A stretch of DNA of 63,525 nt, counting the filler, from Kipferlia bialata (Eukaryota), in assembly GCA_003568945.1 (NCBI GenBank). It is 4 parts of 4 records of this genome, joined end to end, with 100 filler letters (N's around TTAATTAATTAA, not from the genome) between each part and the next. Parts side by side here need not be neighbours in the genome. Positions count along the whole stretch, not along the records: positions 24,585 to 49,051 come from BDIP01000227.1; positions 49,152 to 61,410 come from BDIP01000248.1; 2 more parts are not named here. One strand, written 5' to 3'. The position numbers and the translations under genes were made by a program. The notes below the pieces were generated by a model. The model saw nothing but the letters and a program-made list of their open reading frames with translations. It was not told the DNA's origin and did not search any database. Positions 41,308-53,790 of the stretch are shown piece after piece. Position 1 is the stretch's first letter. Every line of letters begins with the position of its first letter.

Positions 41308-41884
41308 TTAGTTGCTGGATATACACTCACTTCTCTCAGCCCGAGGCACACTCTCCAGAGGTTGACTCTCCAGAACCTCTCTCACAATGTTCTCTCTCTC
41401 TCTCGCATCAGCCTCTAAATTGTCTAGTCTCTCCTTTGCAAGGAGAGGGGGTAGGGGGGCATACACCTGGAAGTGAGTGCCTAAGACTGTAAAAGTATCA
41501 TTGAACCTTACTTCCCTACCACGTCTCTTCGATGATAACACATTTGTGACAATGTATTTATGCATTAACCCTTCCCTCTAATGTGTAATACATGCTTATC
41601 TTTCTCATTGAACACCACTAACCTTCCACATAATCAGAAGAGGGGTATAGAATACTGATACTGATACTGAACCTCGCTTACCTTCCACAGCATCAGAAGA
41701 AGGGACGTGACTGCCGCCCCACAGTCACCAACAGTGCCAGCATAGAAGAGACTCGATATGTCGCTGGGGTAACGGTGGGTAGATGGGTGTGTGTGTGAGA
41801 GAGAGGGGGGGGGAGAGAGAGAGGTAGTGGGTGCCAGCATAGAAGAGGCTCGATATGTCGCTAGGGTGAGAGAAAGAGAGAAAT

Positions 41885-41922
<38 letters not shown>

Positions 41923-43763
41923 TGAGTGAGGTGATTGGGAGGTATCCTAGCAGCAGAACAGTGATAGAACATTGACTCGAAGAGGATACAGACTGGCTAA
42001 GAGGGGGAAGGAGAGAGAGAGACATTGAGCTTGGGTACCCACCCTGTAACAGCTAGTGTATATATATATACCCACCCTGCAAGAGTTGAAGAGAGAAAGA
42101 GAGAGAGAGAGAGAGAGAGCTGTACCCACCCTGTGACAGCTGGTAGTAGGAACATGGCTGGATATATATGTAGTCAATGTGTATATATATAGTATATATA
42201 CTTATATATAGTATATACCCACCCTGTGAGAGCTGGTAGGAGGAACATGGCTGGAAATATATGTAGTCAATATATACATATATATAGATAGTATATATAG
42301 ATAGTATATATATATATAGTATATATACATATACCCACCCTGTCACAGCCGGTAGGAACATGGCTGGATATATATGAAGTCAATACATATATACATATAG
42401 AGTATATAGATAGTGTATATATATGGTATATATTTATATATATATATAGTGTATACCCACCCTGCCACAGCCGGTAGTAGGAACATGGCTGGAAATATAT
42501 GTAGTCAATATATATAAATATATAGTATATATATTCATATATAGTATATACCCACCCTGTAACAGCTGGTAGGAGGAACATGGCTGGAAATATTTGTAGT
42601 CAATATGTATATATATATAGAGAGTATATAGATAGTGTATATATATAGTATATAGATAGTGTATATATATAGTATATATATATATATATATAGTATATAC
42701 CCACCCTGACAGAGCTGGTAGAAGGAACATGGCTGGCATGATGATAAGGTTCTGGAGGGTCAGAGAGAGAGAGAGAGAGAGAGAGAGACGGCATGATGAT
42801 GAGGTTCTGGAGGGTCAGATAGATAGCACCAGAGACCCATGTACACATTGCACTCTAGAAGTGATCCCACCTGTCTGCAAATGGCGACAGCTGTGGCCAA
42901 AAGGGCCTGAGACTGCGCCTGGTGTCAGTATCATATATATATCATATCAGTTCGATACATAGTACAGTGCATAATATAACGTCGCGTGCAATACCTGGAA
43001 AGTGGCAGCAGCTATGTAGGGAAGGCAGACAAGCACGAAGCCAAAGCACCAGTGCCTGGGGTCAGATGAAGGGATCTATTCAGTATCAGACTGATACTAT
43101 CAGTATCAATATCAGGAAGAAATCAATTGCTCCTCCTGGACACTTAATCTCTACCTGGGGTCAGATGAGGGGGGCGCAGTGTTGGGTAGAGATATAGAAC
43201 AAGACTATGACAAATCGTGTAGAAGACAAATCGTGTAATGTGTCCAAACCTGAGTACCGGCACTCCGATCTCTGTCAGAGCTGGGTCGTCTCCGCCTAGG
43301 ATACGCACAATAGCCTCTGGTGCTAGGAGGGTGCCTGGAGTGAGACGAAAGGTACCGGTACATATATATATATTCATTCTTCTTCTTTTCATAAGCACTA
43401 TACACTTATTAGTATACGGACAATGGTATCCGGTGCTAGGAGGGTGCCTGGAGGGAGACCAAGAATGCCTGTATATATATATATGTATACTTATATGTAC
43501 TATTATACTAGTATACGGACAATGGCCTCAGGTGCTAGGATGAGACCAAGACTGCCAGTACATAATAATTCTCATCTCTTAATATGATATTTAGTCACTA
43601 TCTACTAGTGGTACCATCCATCGAGATTGTATGGTGTGATACCTCTCTACACATGAATAATCCCTCCATATATACACAATTGTTTATACATATATATATA
43701 TGTATATGTTGTATGTATCCACTTACCTAGCTAGCCCAGCCCCGCTATGTTCATATATTCAAT

Positions 43764-43798
<35 letters not shown>

Positions 43799-45110
43799 TC
43801 ATACCCAGCCAGCCCAGCCCCGCTATGGCACAGCAGAAGAGGAGGCCATACATGACAAGAATCAAAATGTGTGGTCAATATATACAAAGGTATGTATATG
43901 TATATATATATACTAACCTAGCCATCCCAGCCCCGCTATGGCACAGCAGAAGAGGAGGCCATACATGACGACTGCACTGTATCTGTGGTACTTGGCAGCA
44001 CCTGCCGGTTAGCGCTAGAAGTAGCTAGTAGCGTATTTATAGTCTATGTATATATACGACTCGTCGCCTCGTACACCATATTATCATGTATGTACTTAGC
44101 AGCGCCTGCCAGTTAGCTCTAGTTGCTATAGCAGCTGAAAGGAGGCGTGGTCGACAGTGTCACAAAGAGTCAGAAAAGGTCAGAATACGTGTGCGTACCG
44201 AGGTTGTAACTAGCCACGGGTAGGTACCCAGCTGTGAGACCCATAATCGGGAGCACAAGGAGAGCTAGATACCTGTATGTGAGATATATATATACATATA
44301 TGGATAGTACCTATACACTTTTACTATATATACATCCACTGTGAGACCCATAATCGGGAGCACAAGCAGGGCAAGGTATCTATATGTAAGAGCGATATAC
44401 GGAGTGACAAACAGAATAGAACTGGTAGGGGCAGGAGCACTGGAGTGAGACCCATGATGGGGAGGACTAGCAGGGCTAGATACCTGGTGGGTCAGTACAT
44501 ATGTATATATATATATATATACAAATGTTAGGGGCAGGTAGCACTAAAGATATAGGAGTGAGAGAGCTCCTCACATACATATATAGATACATGCCTCTGG
44601 AGGATGCCTGAGAACACCACAATGAGGGTGTCCACCTCATCCTCGGGGGCATAGTACTTGATCAGCGCGTTGCCTGGGTAAGTATACATCGTGAATAGAT
44701 GTACAGAGTAAGTGTATAGTATCAATTAGGAGACGTATTATGATGCAGAAACTATACAGGTACTTGATCAGGGCATTCTACTGCGTAAGTGGACAATACA
44801 GTATAGTAAACACAGTGTAGTATAGATGTTATATAGCAATGATCTACGCAGTACTTGTATATATATATATACTGATACACACTATTATAGGTAGAGAGAG
44901 AGAGAGAGTACCTATCACCACTGGCAGCATCTGGGAGGACTGCTGGCCAAACTGGGGGAACCCTGGGGGGTTAGTGAATACGCAGATATGTATATTATGT
45001 AATATAATATATATTGTATATTAGATTCCTAATTGAAACCAAATCGAGGCAAACCCACTTGATGATCCTTACCTAGCCCCAGGAACCGTCCCATGACTCT
45101 GATGTCCAAA

Positions 45111-45144
<34 letters not shown>

Positions 45145-45366
45145 CATAACATATATATAAGAATATATATCATATATATACTGGTTCCTACCTAGCCCCT
45201 GGAACCGTCCCATGACTCTGATGTCCAAAACACACATATGTGTATATATATATATATGTATATCATAACATATATATAAGAATATATATCATATATATAC
45301 TGGTGTGTACCTAGCCCCAGGAACCGGCCCATGACTCTGATGTCCATCTTTCTATCGAACCTGGGA

Positions 45367-45413
<47 letters not shown>

Positions 45414-48400
45414 CTCAAGTCCTCATGGCAGAATAGGACAAACAGGTTACAAATATACAAATATACACCCCACTTTGGTCTTATCGAGAGAGTCATATTG
45501 TACCTGACTCTCAGAGGTTACTTAATATAATACATGTAATTACTATATATTGAATATACTGATTATCGATAATATATGAAATATATGTAATTACCTGACT
45601 CTCACAGGTTCCGTCTCTCTGTGGAGGTACCACACTGCCCAGATGGCTGGGGGTAAGAGTTACACAGTATATACAATTACTAAACAATTACTAAACAATC
45701 TAAACAATGTTTACAATCTAAACAATTACTCGATGTATACCTGGAGCCCCCTGTGCAATGACTGTGCTGATTGCTGCCCCCCTAATTAAAGAATCTAAAC
45801 ACCCCTAATGCCCATATCAACGCCAAAGATGAGGATGGGGTCGATGACCATGTTGAGACAGGCAGAGGCTGGGGTCAGCGGGCATCATTCATATATATAT
45901 ATATATATATATGAATGGTATGGTATACACTACATATGATATTACATAGTAGTATTATGAATAGTATGGAATCATGAGGGGGCATCAGGGGAGATATGAA
46001 CAAAGACCCGAAATATATATAATAACTACATTATATATTTATACATTGTCATATTACTACACATTTGATTATGGACGAGAGAGATACATAATGTGTCATA
46101 GATTGGTAGCCCTACCTACCACCATCCGCATTGACAGTCTCTCGTGACCAAGAGCCCGCAGGACATGGGGCATGGACTGGCCGAATAGATAGCTTGGGGT
46201 GGGTGTATTCGTACATACTCATATATATACATATAGATATCGGATGGAGAGGGACTGCCCAAAGAGAGATCTTGAGGGTGAGAGACGACATAGGTACATG
46301 TCTATGGGGCATGCTGGCTCGCTAAGTTTATCTAAACACCTGCAGACAAACACTGTGAGTATCTGGCCATATGGCAAATATGTTCAGAGGCACACAATGT
46401 ACACACAATATATATGTATATATATCAATACCTGCACACAAACACTGTGAGTATCTGGCCATACTCCACAGCACCAGGCAGGATGGCATCGGTGGCACCT
46501 GGGGTGAGCTACATACATGTACTAAATTATACAATACAATACACTATATATATATATATACATACATATGCACCAGGCAGGATGGCATCGGTGGCACCTG
46601 GGGTGAGACATAATTACATGTATAATAGCATAATAATAGAATAATAGAATAATGTATATATGTGTGTGTATGCATGTACCAGGCAGGATGGCATCGGTGG
46701 CACCTGGCAGAGTGAGTGTACTTAATACTAAGTAAGTATTAATATACATAAATATATATATATATCACATTCATATGCTATGAGAGGGAGAAACATATCG
46801 GATGGCACCTGGGGAGTGAGGTGGAGAGAGAGAGAGGAAAGATGGAATAAAGGGAGAGGGACAGAAGATGATGCTATCAGAGGCAACACCAGAAAGGAGA
46901 GTGGGTGAGAGACAGACAGAGACGGAGGCCCAATACCGAACAGTATCAATATATACTATAAATATGTGTATATATATTGTATACCGACTCATTGTATAGT
47001 ACATACCGAACAGTCTGAGGAATGTGCTGAACCACCGCATCAACAATTATATACTATATATTTATACTCTGCATACTATATATATACTATACACTGTATA
47101 TACTGTATATATACTAATTTTGTACAGACTATACTTACCGAACAGTCTGAGGAATGTGCTGAACCAGGGCATCAACAACTATATACTATATATAATAGTA
47201 TACACTAATATATACTCTGTATACTATATATATACATTATACTGGATATACTGGATTTGTACTACTGAATATATACTACACATACCGAACAGTCTGAGGA
47301 ACGTGCTGAACCACAGCATCAACAAATATATACTATATATATATACTCTGCATACTATATATATACTATACACTGTATATACTGTATATATACTTATTTT
47401 GTATAGACTATACTTACCGAACAGTCTGAGGAATGTGCTGAACCAGGGCATCAGCACCACTGGGACTATGACAGACACAGCGCCACAGGCCACGAGGAGG
47501 TTTAGCAAGACATACTGGAGTTATTACCAACACATGTTTAATACATATATATATATAATACTATATCTATGACAGAGACAGCGCCACAGGCCACGAGGAG
47601 GTTTAGCAAGACATACTGGGGTCAATATATAACTGTGTTTAATATATAAATGTATGTATAGAATATATATGTGCTCAATAAATAATTGGGTCACTCTCAC
47701 TATACATAGAGATATACACAAGAACATACTGGGGACAGTTGTGTTCCTCTCAATTCTACACTATCACATCAACACAATAGTGGGTGGGACTGTTATGCGA
47801 CTCTTTTTCTGTCTCTCTCTCTCTCTCAGGATACCTCAGCTCTCTTGACATCATTTGCCCCCAGTGCCCTGGCCATCATGGCAGCAGCCCCACTGCCAAA
47901 CACATTGCCTGATGATAAGGGTGTNNNNNNNNNNNNNNNCAGCCCCACTGCCAAACACATTGCCTGATGATAAGGGTGTAGAGGGAGAGAGAGAGGGAAT
48001 CTATGTTTTTGGCGGCTATCAAGGCTAGCCCCATAATTGTAATATATGAGTAATATATGAGTAAGGACGAGACACTGTGGTGGGGGAAAGAGATAGAGAG
48101 AGAGAGAGAAGGAGAAGCAGGAACTCAAACATGACTGTACACACGTCTATGCTACTGTTACAAGATACCCACGTATGGCTGCGTAGAGAGATTGAAACAT
48201 GACTGTATACGATTATCTATACGATTACAATATATATATACATATACCCACCTATTGCTGCGTAGAGAGTCACCTCAACAGGGAGGAACACAGCTGGAGT
48301 GAGAGGAAGAGAGAGAGAGAATGAGAGAGAGAGAGAGAGGGAGAGAGAGAGAGAGTCACCTCTACAGGGAGGAACACAGCTGGGGGTGAGAATAAATGGT

Positions 48401-48781
48401 GTATTCAATGAAATCTATATATGTCTGTACATATATAACCTGGTAGGAACACAGCTGGAGTGTGAGGGAGAGAGAAAGAGAAAGAGAAAGGCAGGGGAGA
48501 ACTGGGTAAATGGGACCCAGCTCAGGAGGAGAGAGGAAGAGAGAGAGAGAGAGAGAGAGAGTCGAAGACCAAATTGGGGCAGAGTGGAAAGGAGGAGACA
48601 TAATATGAAGAGAGACACACATACTTATTCGCTATATATAATATGAATTAAAATACAAATAGATATACCTAGACAGAAAGCAAAAGAGAGAGAGTAGAAA
48701 TATCGTTATACCTAGAGCCCCGACCCCATATGTCCCGACCCCCTGTGCTACATAGATGGAGTCAACCAGGTTGTACAGGGC
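41308..48781 (-). CDS. MATE family multidrug efflux transporter (MepA-like); 5' end missing; possible frame-disrupting insertion at 45787-45809
   Basis: Spliced peptides ALYNLVDSIYVAQGVGTYGVGAL, GNVFGSGAAAMMARALGA, GATDAILPGAVEYGQIL, VLRALGHERLSMRMVVG, SACLNMVIDPILIFGVDMGIR[GAAISTVIAQ], GYLPVASYNLGAAKYHR and LFYAGTVGDCGAAV match MATE transmembrane motifs. Stop at 41308-41310. Confidence 0.85.
42036..42740 (-). repeat. Array of about 7 exon 3'-end+donor echoes (PAMFLLPA[LV][ST]GW|GT) in a MATE intron
   Basis: ACCCACCCTG...GGAACATGGCTGG (plus strand) recurs about every 110-120 nt from 42124 to 42735, with degenerate copies at 42037 and 42070. Confidence 0.92.
47002..47455 (-). repeat. Higher-order (about 279-nt, ABAB) duplication of exon-end echoes in a MATE intron
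   Basis: CATACCGAACAGTCTGAGG at 47002 and 47281 and CTTACCGAACAGTCTGAGG at ~47133 and ~47413, with near-identical TA-rich spacers. Confidence 0.9.
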
Positions 48782-48996
48782 CTGTGGTAAAAGGGTGTAG
48801 AGGGAGACAGAGAGATACATAGATGGAGTCAACGAGGTTGTACAAGGCCTGTGGTTATAAGGTGTTGAGGGAGAGAGAGATAGAGGACATGAAAGTGCGC
48901 ATTACAACCAGGGGTGGGAGGGAGAGAGGTTAGTCCAGATACACAGATAAGGAGTGGCGATGAGGAGAGGGGGGAGGGTGAGAGAGAGACTGAGAC

Positions 48997-49051
<55 letters not shown>

Positions 49052-49151
49052 NNNNNNNNNNNNNNNNNNNNNNNNNNNNNNNNNNNNNNNNNNNNTTAAT
49101 TAATTAANNNNNNNNNNNNNNNNNNNNNNNNNNNNNNNNNNNNNNNNNNNN
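49052..49151. other. Artificial contig-join spacer
   Basis: N44-TTAATTAATTAA-N44. Confidence 0.97.
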
Positions 49152-49326
49152 GGGGGGGGTGATTATGGTGGGAGAAACCCCCCCCCCCCCCCCCCCCCAG
49201 TCTCCCACTGAGGTAATACCTCTCTCCCTGCTCATTTACTTAGGGGGTGATCGTCTAAGTACATATATGTGCATATCTTAGGACACTTATATTATACCCA
49301 GGGTCGATAGAGGTACAGGATGGTGA

Positions 49327-49363
<37 letters not shown>

Positions 49364-49465
49364 TCCCTCTCCCCTCTCTCTTATACTCTAGGGCTGACCT
49401 AGATGTGACTGGGGTGCAGGAGGGTGTCCTCTCTCTCTCTCTCTCCCCCCCCCTCTTACACCCAG

Positions 49466-52400
49466 GGCTGACCTAGATGTGACTGGGGTGCAGGAGGGTG
49501 TCTGGCTGGCAGGGCAGGTGCCCAAGCTCACAGAGCAGGCAGCGCCCACGGACACAGAGGTATGAATATCACTGTGTACATATTCCCATCTTCCCTATGT
49601 CCAACCCCCCCCCCCCCCCCCTTAGTGTCAGTATACCAATGAATCTCCACATATACCACCCCCAGGACCGGTATACCAAGGACAGACTCTCTTACGCTAT
49701 ATCACATTAGTATATCAATGTCTATCAGTATACACCAACCCCCAGGACCGGTATGCCCAGGACAGACTCCCTTACCCTATATATCATATCAATATACCAA
49801 TATCATAATATAGTATATCAATGTCTATCAGTATATACCAACCCCAGGACCGCTATGCCAAGGACAGACTCCCTTACCCCCCTCCCCAGTATCAATATCA
49901 ATATACCGATATCATATTAGTGTATCAATGTCTATCAGTATCCATACCACCCCCAGGACCGGTATGCCCAGGACAGGGCCGCCGTGCTGTCTGCCACATC
50001 CAAGGGGGGCAAGGCACTCGTGGAGAGAGAGCTCTTCCTGCGTAACAGGGGGACAGGCAGCAGGGTGGTGCAGGTATGTGATATACACGTGTCACTCCCT
50101 CTAGGACTACATATATATCTATTTGGGTGATACAGGTGGCATGCCCGTGTCTCTCTCTCTGTCTTGCTTCTTATATATATACCCTTCCATGCCTCACTCC
50201 AGAACCGGCCGAAGCCTGTGTACAACGGCCACATCCCCCTCCTCCCCGATGATGTCAGTGACCTCTCCAGTGACAGTGAGGAGGAACCCACCCCAGGGTC
50301 ACTCAGGACCCAGACTAGGTGGCATATGTGTGCACTGATCTCTACTAATATTCACTGATGTGCCGTGTGTATGTATACTCTCTTTGTGTTGCACCCCCCT
50401 GTCTGACCCCTCAGGTACAGAATGTCAGAGAGAAAGAGACAGAGGAACGTGGCCTTCATGAGGGGGGTCAGTCGGAAGAGACGAACGGTCACTCAGGTAC
50501 GTATACTGTCTTCCTCTATCTCTCTATCTGTATCCATCCCCCTCACCCCCTCCCTTATTCTTAGGAAACCGCCACAATTGTCGAGCCCAAGTTTGCCTCC
50601 ACCCTCCCCCGCTCTCCTGCCTTCTCCATAGGCCTGAGACGCACCCTAGACACCAGTCCCCATGGGAGTAGGGCAGGGTCTAGGCCTGGGTCTAGGTCTA
50701 GGTCCAGAGGGGGGGGATCCCCTACCAGGCGCCGCCCCTCCACTGCGGGTGCAAGAGGGAAGAGAGGGGGGAGGGAGAGTGGGTCTGAGATGACAAGGGG
50801 AGATACCCCGGATATCCCCAGCAGACCAGAGACAGCCCCTGCCAATGAGGGTAGAGACACTGGTGATGCAGATACAGTGACTGATGCTGACCACGCTCTG
50901 TCTAGGGCAGCCCAGCTAGTCGGGTCAGGGTCCCTTACCCCCCCGGAGGATATGGCGGGAGGGGCAGTGTCCATGGGTGGAGGGAGGGAGAGGCAGCGGC
51001 CTAGGACGGGCACCCCTGCCTCCAGGGCCAGGCCTGCCTCTGCGGCCGCTGCCCCCACCAAGACACCCCGGCCTGAGTCAGCGGCAGAGAGAAGGGCCAG
51101 GCTAAGACCACCCTCCAACAGAGATGCCTCCCGGTTTGGTATTAGCACGTCCTTTGGCAGAGACTCGCCCAAGGGTAAGAAGCCTAAGCAGGGGGCGAAG
51201 AGGCCCCAGTCAAGTCTTGCTGTCATGAGTGGGATAGGTGTGAGTGGCAGACTGAGTGGTGGTGGGGGTGGGATGACCCAGAGACCTGCCTCCTCTATGT
51301 CGAAGCAGAGAGAGAGAGGGAGAGAGAGGGAGGGGCAGAAGGAAGGGGGTAGAGGGTCGGCATTGGGTACTGACCTCGGTGCATACCTGCAGGGATACCG
51401 CCAGAGGTCTGCCTCTGCGTGTAGGGCGTCTAGGGAGGCAGAGGCAGAGAGGAAGGAGAGGCAGAATGTGTTCCCCACCCGCCCCTCCTCTGGGTATGGG
51501 ATGGCCCGCATCCTAGCAGCTGTACACTCTGCCAGGACTGGGGGGGACAGGCCGAAGAACAGACAGCCCCTGGGGGTGAGGCCTGCTACGGCAGAGGGGG
51601 TGAGGGAGGTAGAGAGAGAGAGGGAGAGAGAGACAAAGGCTAGACCTAGCACAGCGAGCCAGAGGGGGAGGCAGAGGAAGACGCTCACATACACCCAGGT
51701 AGGGAGTTATATATTTGTATAGTATGTAGCTCTTTCCGTCTTTCAATGATATATCATATGTATAGTTAACGCTAGGACGGCCGGCTGGTTGACAACCGCC
51801 CTGGGACAGCTGCACCTATCCTCAGAGGAGGAGAGAGAAAGGGACCCTCCACCTCCACCTCTGTACATAGTGCCAAGGGTAGGAGGGGGGTGGCCCTGGC
51901 TAGGGAGAGGGTGGGGAGTGCTGCTGCCAGGAGGCGCCCCCTCTCCACGCCCAGAACCTCTGGCGCTGCTACTACTGCTATGGACACTAAGACTAGTTGT
52001 ACTAAGGGCAGTAGAGGTGCAGTGAGTGCCAGCAGGGGTGGGTCACTGGCGAGGGGGGAGAATGCCCGGCCTGCCACTGCTGCCTCAACCAAGAGGCCGC
52101 CCCTCCCAGGCATCAAGGGTACTAAGGGTAGTAAGGCTGCTAAGGCTGCTAAGGGAGAGGACACTGGGAAGAGACGAGCACCCCCTGCAGATGGGTGGGC
52201 AGTGAGGGAGGCACTAGTACAGGAGTTCCTGTCAGACCAGTCCATGCCCCCAGCGGAGGTGGGTCCATGTACATATTTATTTTTCTCTTTTTATATATAC
52301 TTTGCATATGTATACTGTACTACCCCCAGGTGCGCCACTTCCCAGACTATGTTCCATATGTATATACTGTATACTATATACGTATAATACACCATGTATG

Positions 52401-53368
52401 ATACACTCACTACAGGTGCGCCACTTCACCCAGACCATGTTCCATATATATACTGTATATATATCTATATTACTATATACTATATATTCTCATCCCAGGT
52501 CCGCCACTTCACCCAGACCATGTTCCAGATGGCAGGGACTGTCAGACTGGCACCCAGGCCCAAGAGCAAGAAGCCGCAGGTATGGGGAGTGGTAGACGTG
52601 TTTACGATGTGTCAGTGTCGTATATATATATATATATATATATCACAAGAGCAAGAAGGTGACGGTGGGGAGTGTGTAGAGTACATGTCTATAATGTTTC
52701 GCGAGGCCTATGTATGTCTGGTGTCTCTATGCATGTCCCACCCCTCACCCCCAGGGCATGGCCTCTCAGACAGCCAGGGAGGCCATGGTGTACGACAGGA
52801 ATGGGGGCATACCCTCTTCCTTCGTGGTCCCCCCTGCCTCTAGGGGTGGTGTTAGGGATGACCCCTCTGCCGACAGAGACAAGGGCAAGACTGAGCTGAT
52901 GGCATGGGACAAGACACACGTCTCTACACGATACGCAGGTACACGAGTTGTCACACTGTCTCCTCTTCGTATCTTCCCCCTCACCCCCCAGGCACCTTCC
53001 GCGTATCCTCTGCCACTGCGTCTAGACTGGATATGGAGGACCTCAGAGGCACCGACGTCGGACCCAAGGACACGAGGAGTGCAGAGGACTACCTTGGGAA
53101 GAACGTGGCTGTGCCATCCCTGGGGCCACCCTCGGGCTACAAGGTATAGTGTGTGTATACAACACTATACGTGTAAATATGTATACTGTTGTGGGAGTAC
53201 ACGCTACTAGAACCATCCCTCTCCTCACCCTAGGGCCGGAACACGAGTGTGCGAGGGGTCAATGCCAGTAGACAGGGGGGCAGGGCCACCCCGAGCATCA
53301 TAGACGCCTCTGTCGTGCCCAGTATCACGAGGAGGCCAGCCATCTACCTGCAGCAGGTGTACCAGTAG
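49466..53368 (+). CDS. Hypothetical basic low-complexity protein with many RP[AS][ST]A motifs, 3' part (gene F)
   Basis: In-frame exons ADLDVTGVQEGVWLAGQVPK... / DRYAQDRAAVLS... / large exons ~50565-51698 and ~51776-52258 / ...RRPAIYLQQVYQ* (TAG 53366-53368). Confidence 0.75.
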
Positions 53369-53790
53369 GGGGGCCGAAGCGCAGTAGCATGCAACGGTAG
53401 TCTACGTGTATAATGACACTCTACCCTGTATGCCCCCCGTCCCCCTTATCCTATGGGGCATGTGACCAGCCACCCCCTGTGTCTGTGTCTCCTGCCCCTC
53501 CATGTATGTACGCATGTGTGTGTGTGTATGTATGTATGCACACATATAGTGCTCCCGGTGCATTAGAGTGCACCCTATCATATCCTATTTTCTTGGCGTA
53601 GTTTTCTCACGTCTCTATTCAAAGTGTCTTTGTCGTCTACAGCTATTGCTGTGTTGTATCGATGAAGGATTGTTGTAATATACGCTGTATGCTTGTTTGG
53701 GTGTTCTCTGTGAGAGTGGTTCCCATATTCAGACACTATGAAACTCACTAATGAGACATAAGCTAAACCAAACCGACCTTGCCAACGACC

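Noticed and set aside
47884..47980. Identical ~41-nt sequence on both sides of the N gap at 47925-47939
   Set aside because: Probably an unmerged contig overlap; not counted as an echo.
30180..48700. Many track ORFs rich in YIYI, SLSL, ERER or CVCV
   Set aside because: Translations of intronic microsatellites.
50561..51694. 377-aa minus-strand ORF
   Set aside because: Antisense shadow of a GC-rich plus-strand exon of gene F that has proper splice sites.
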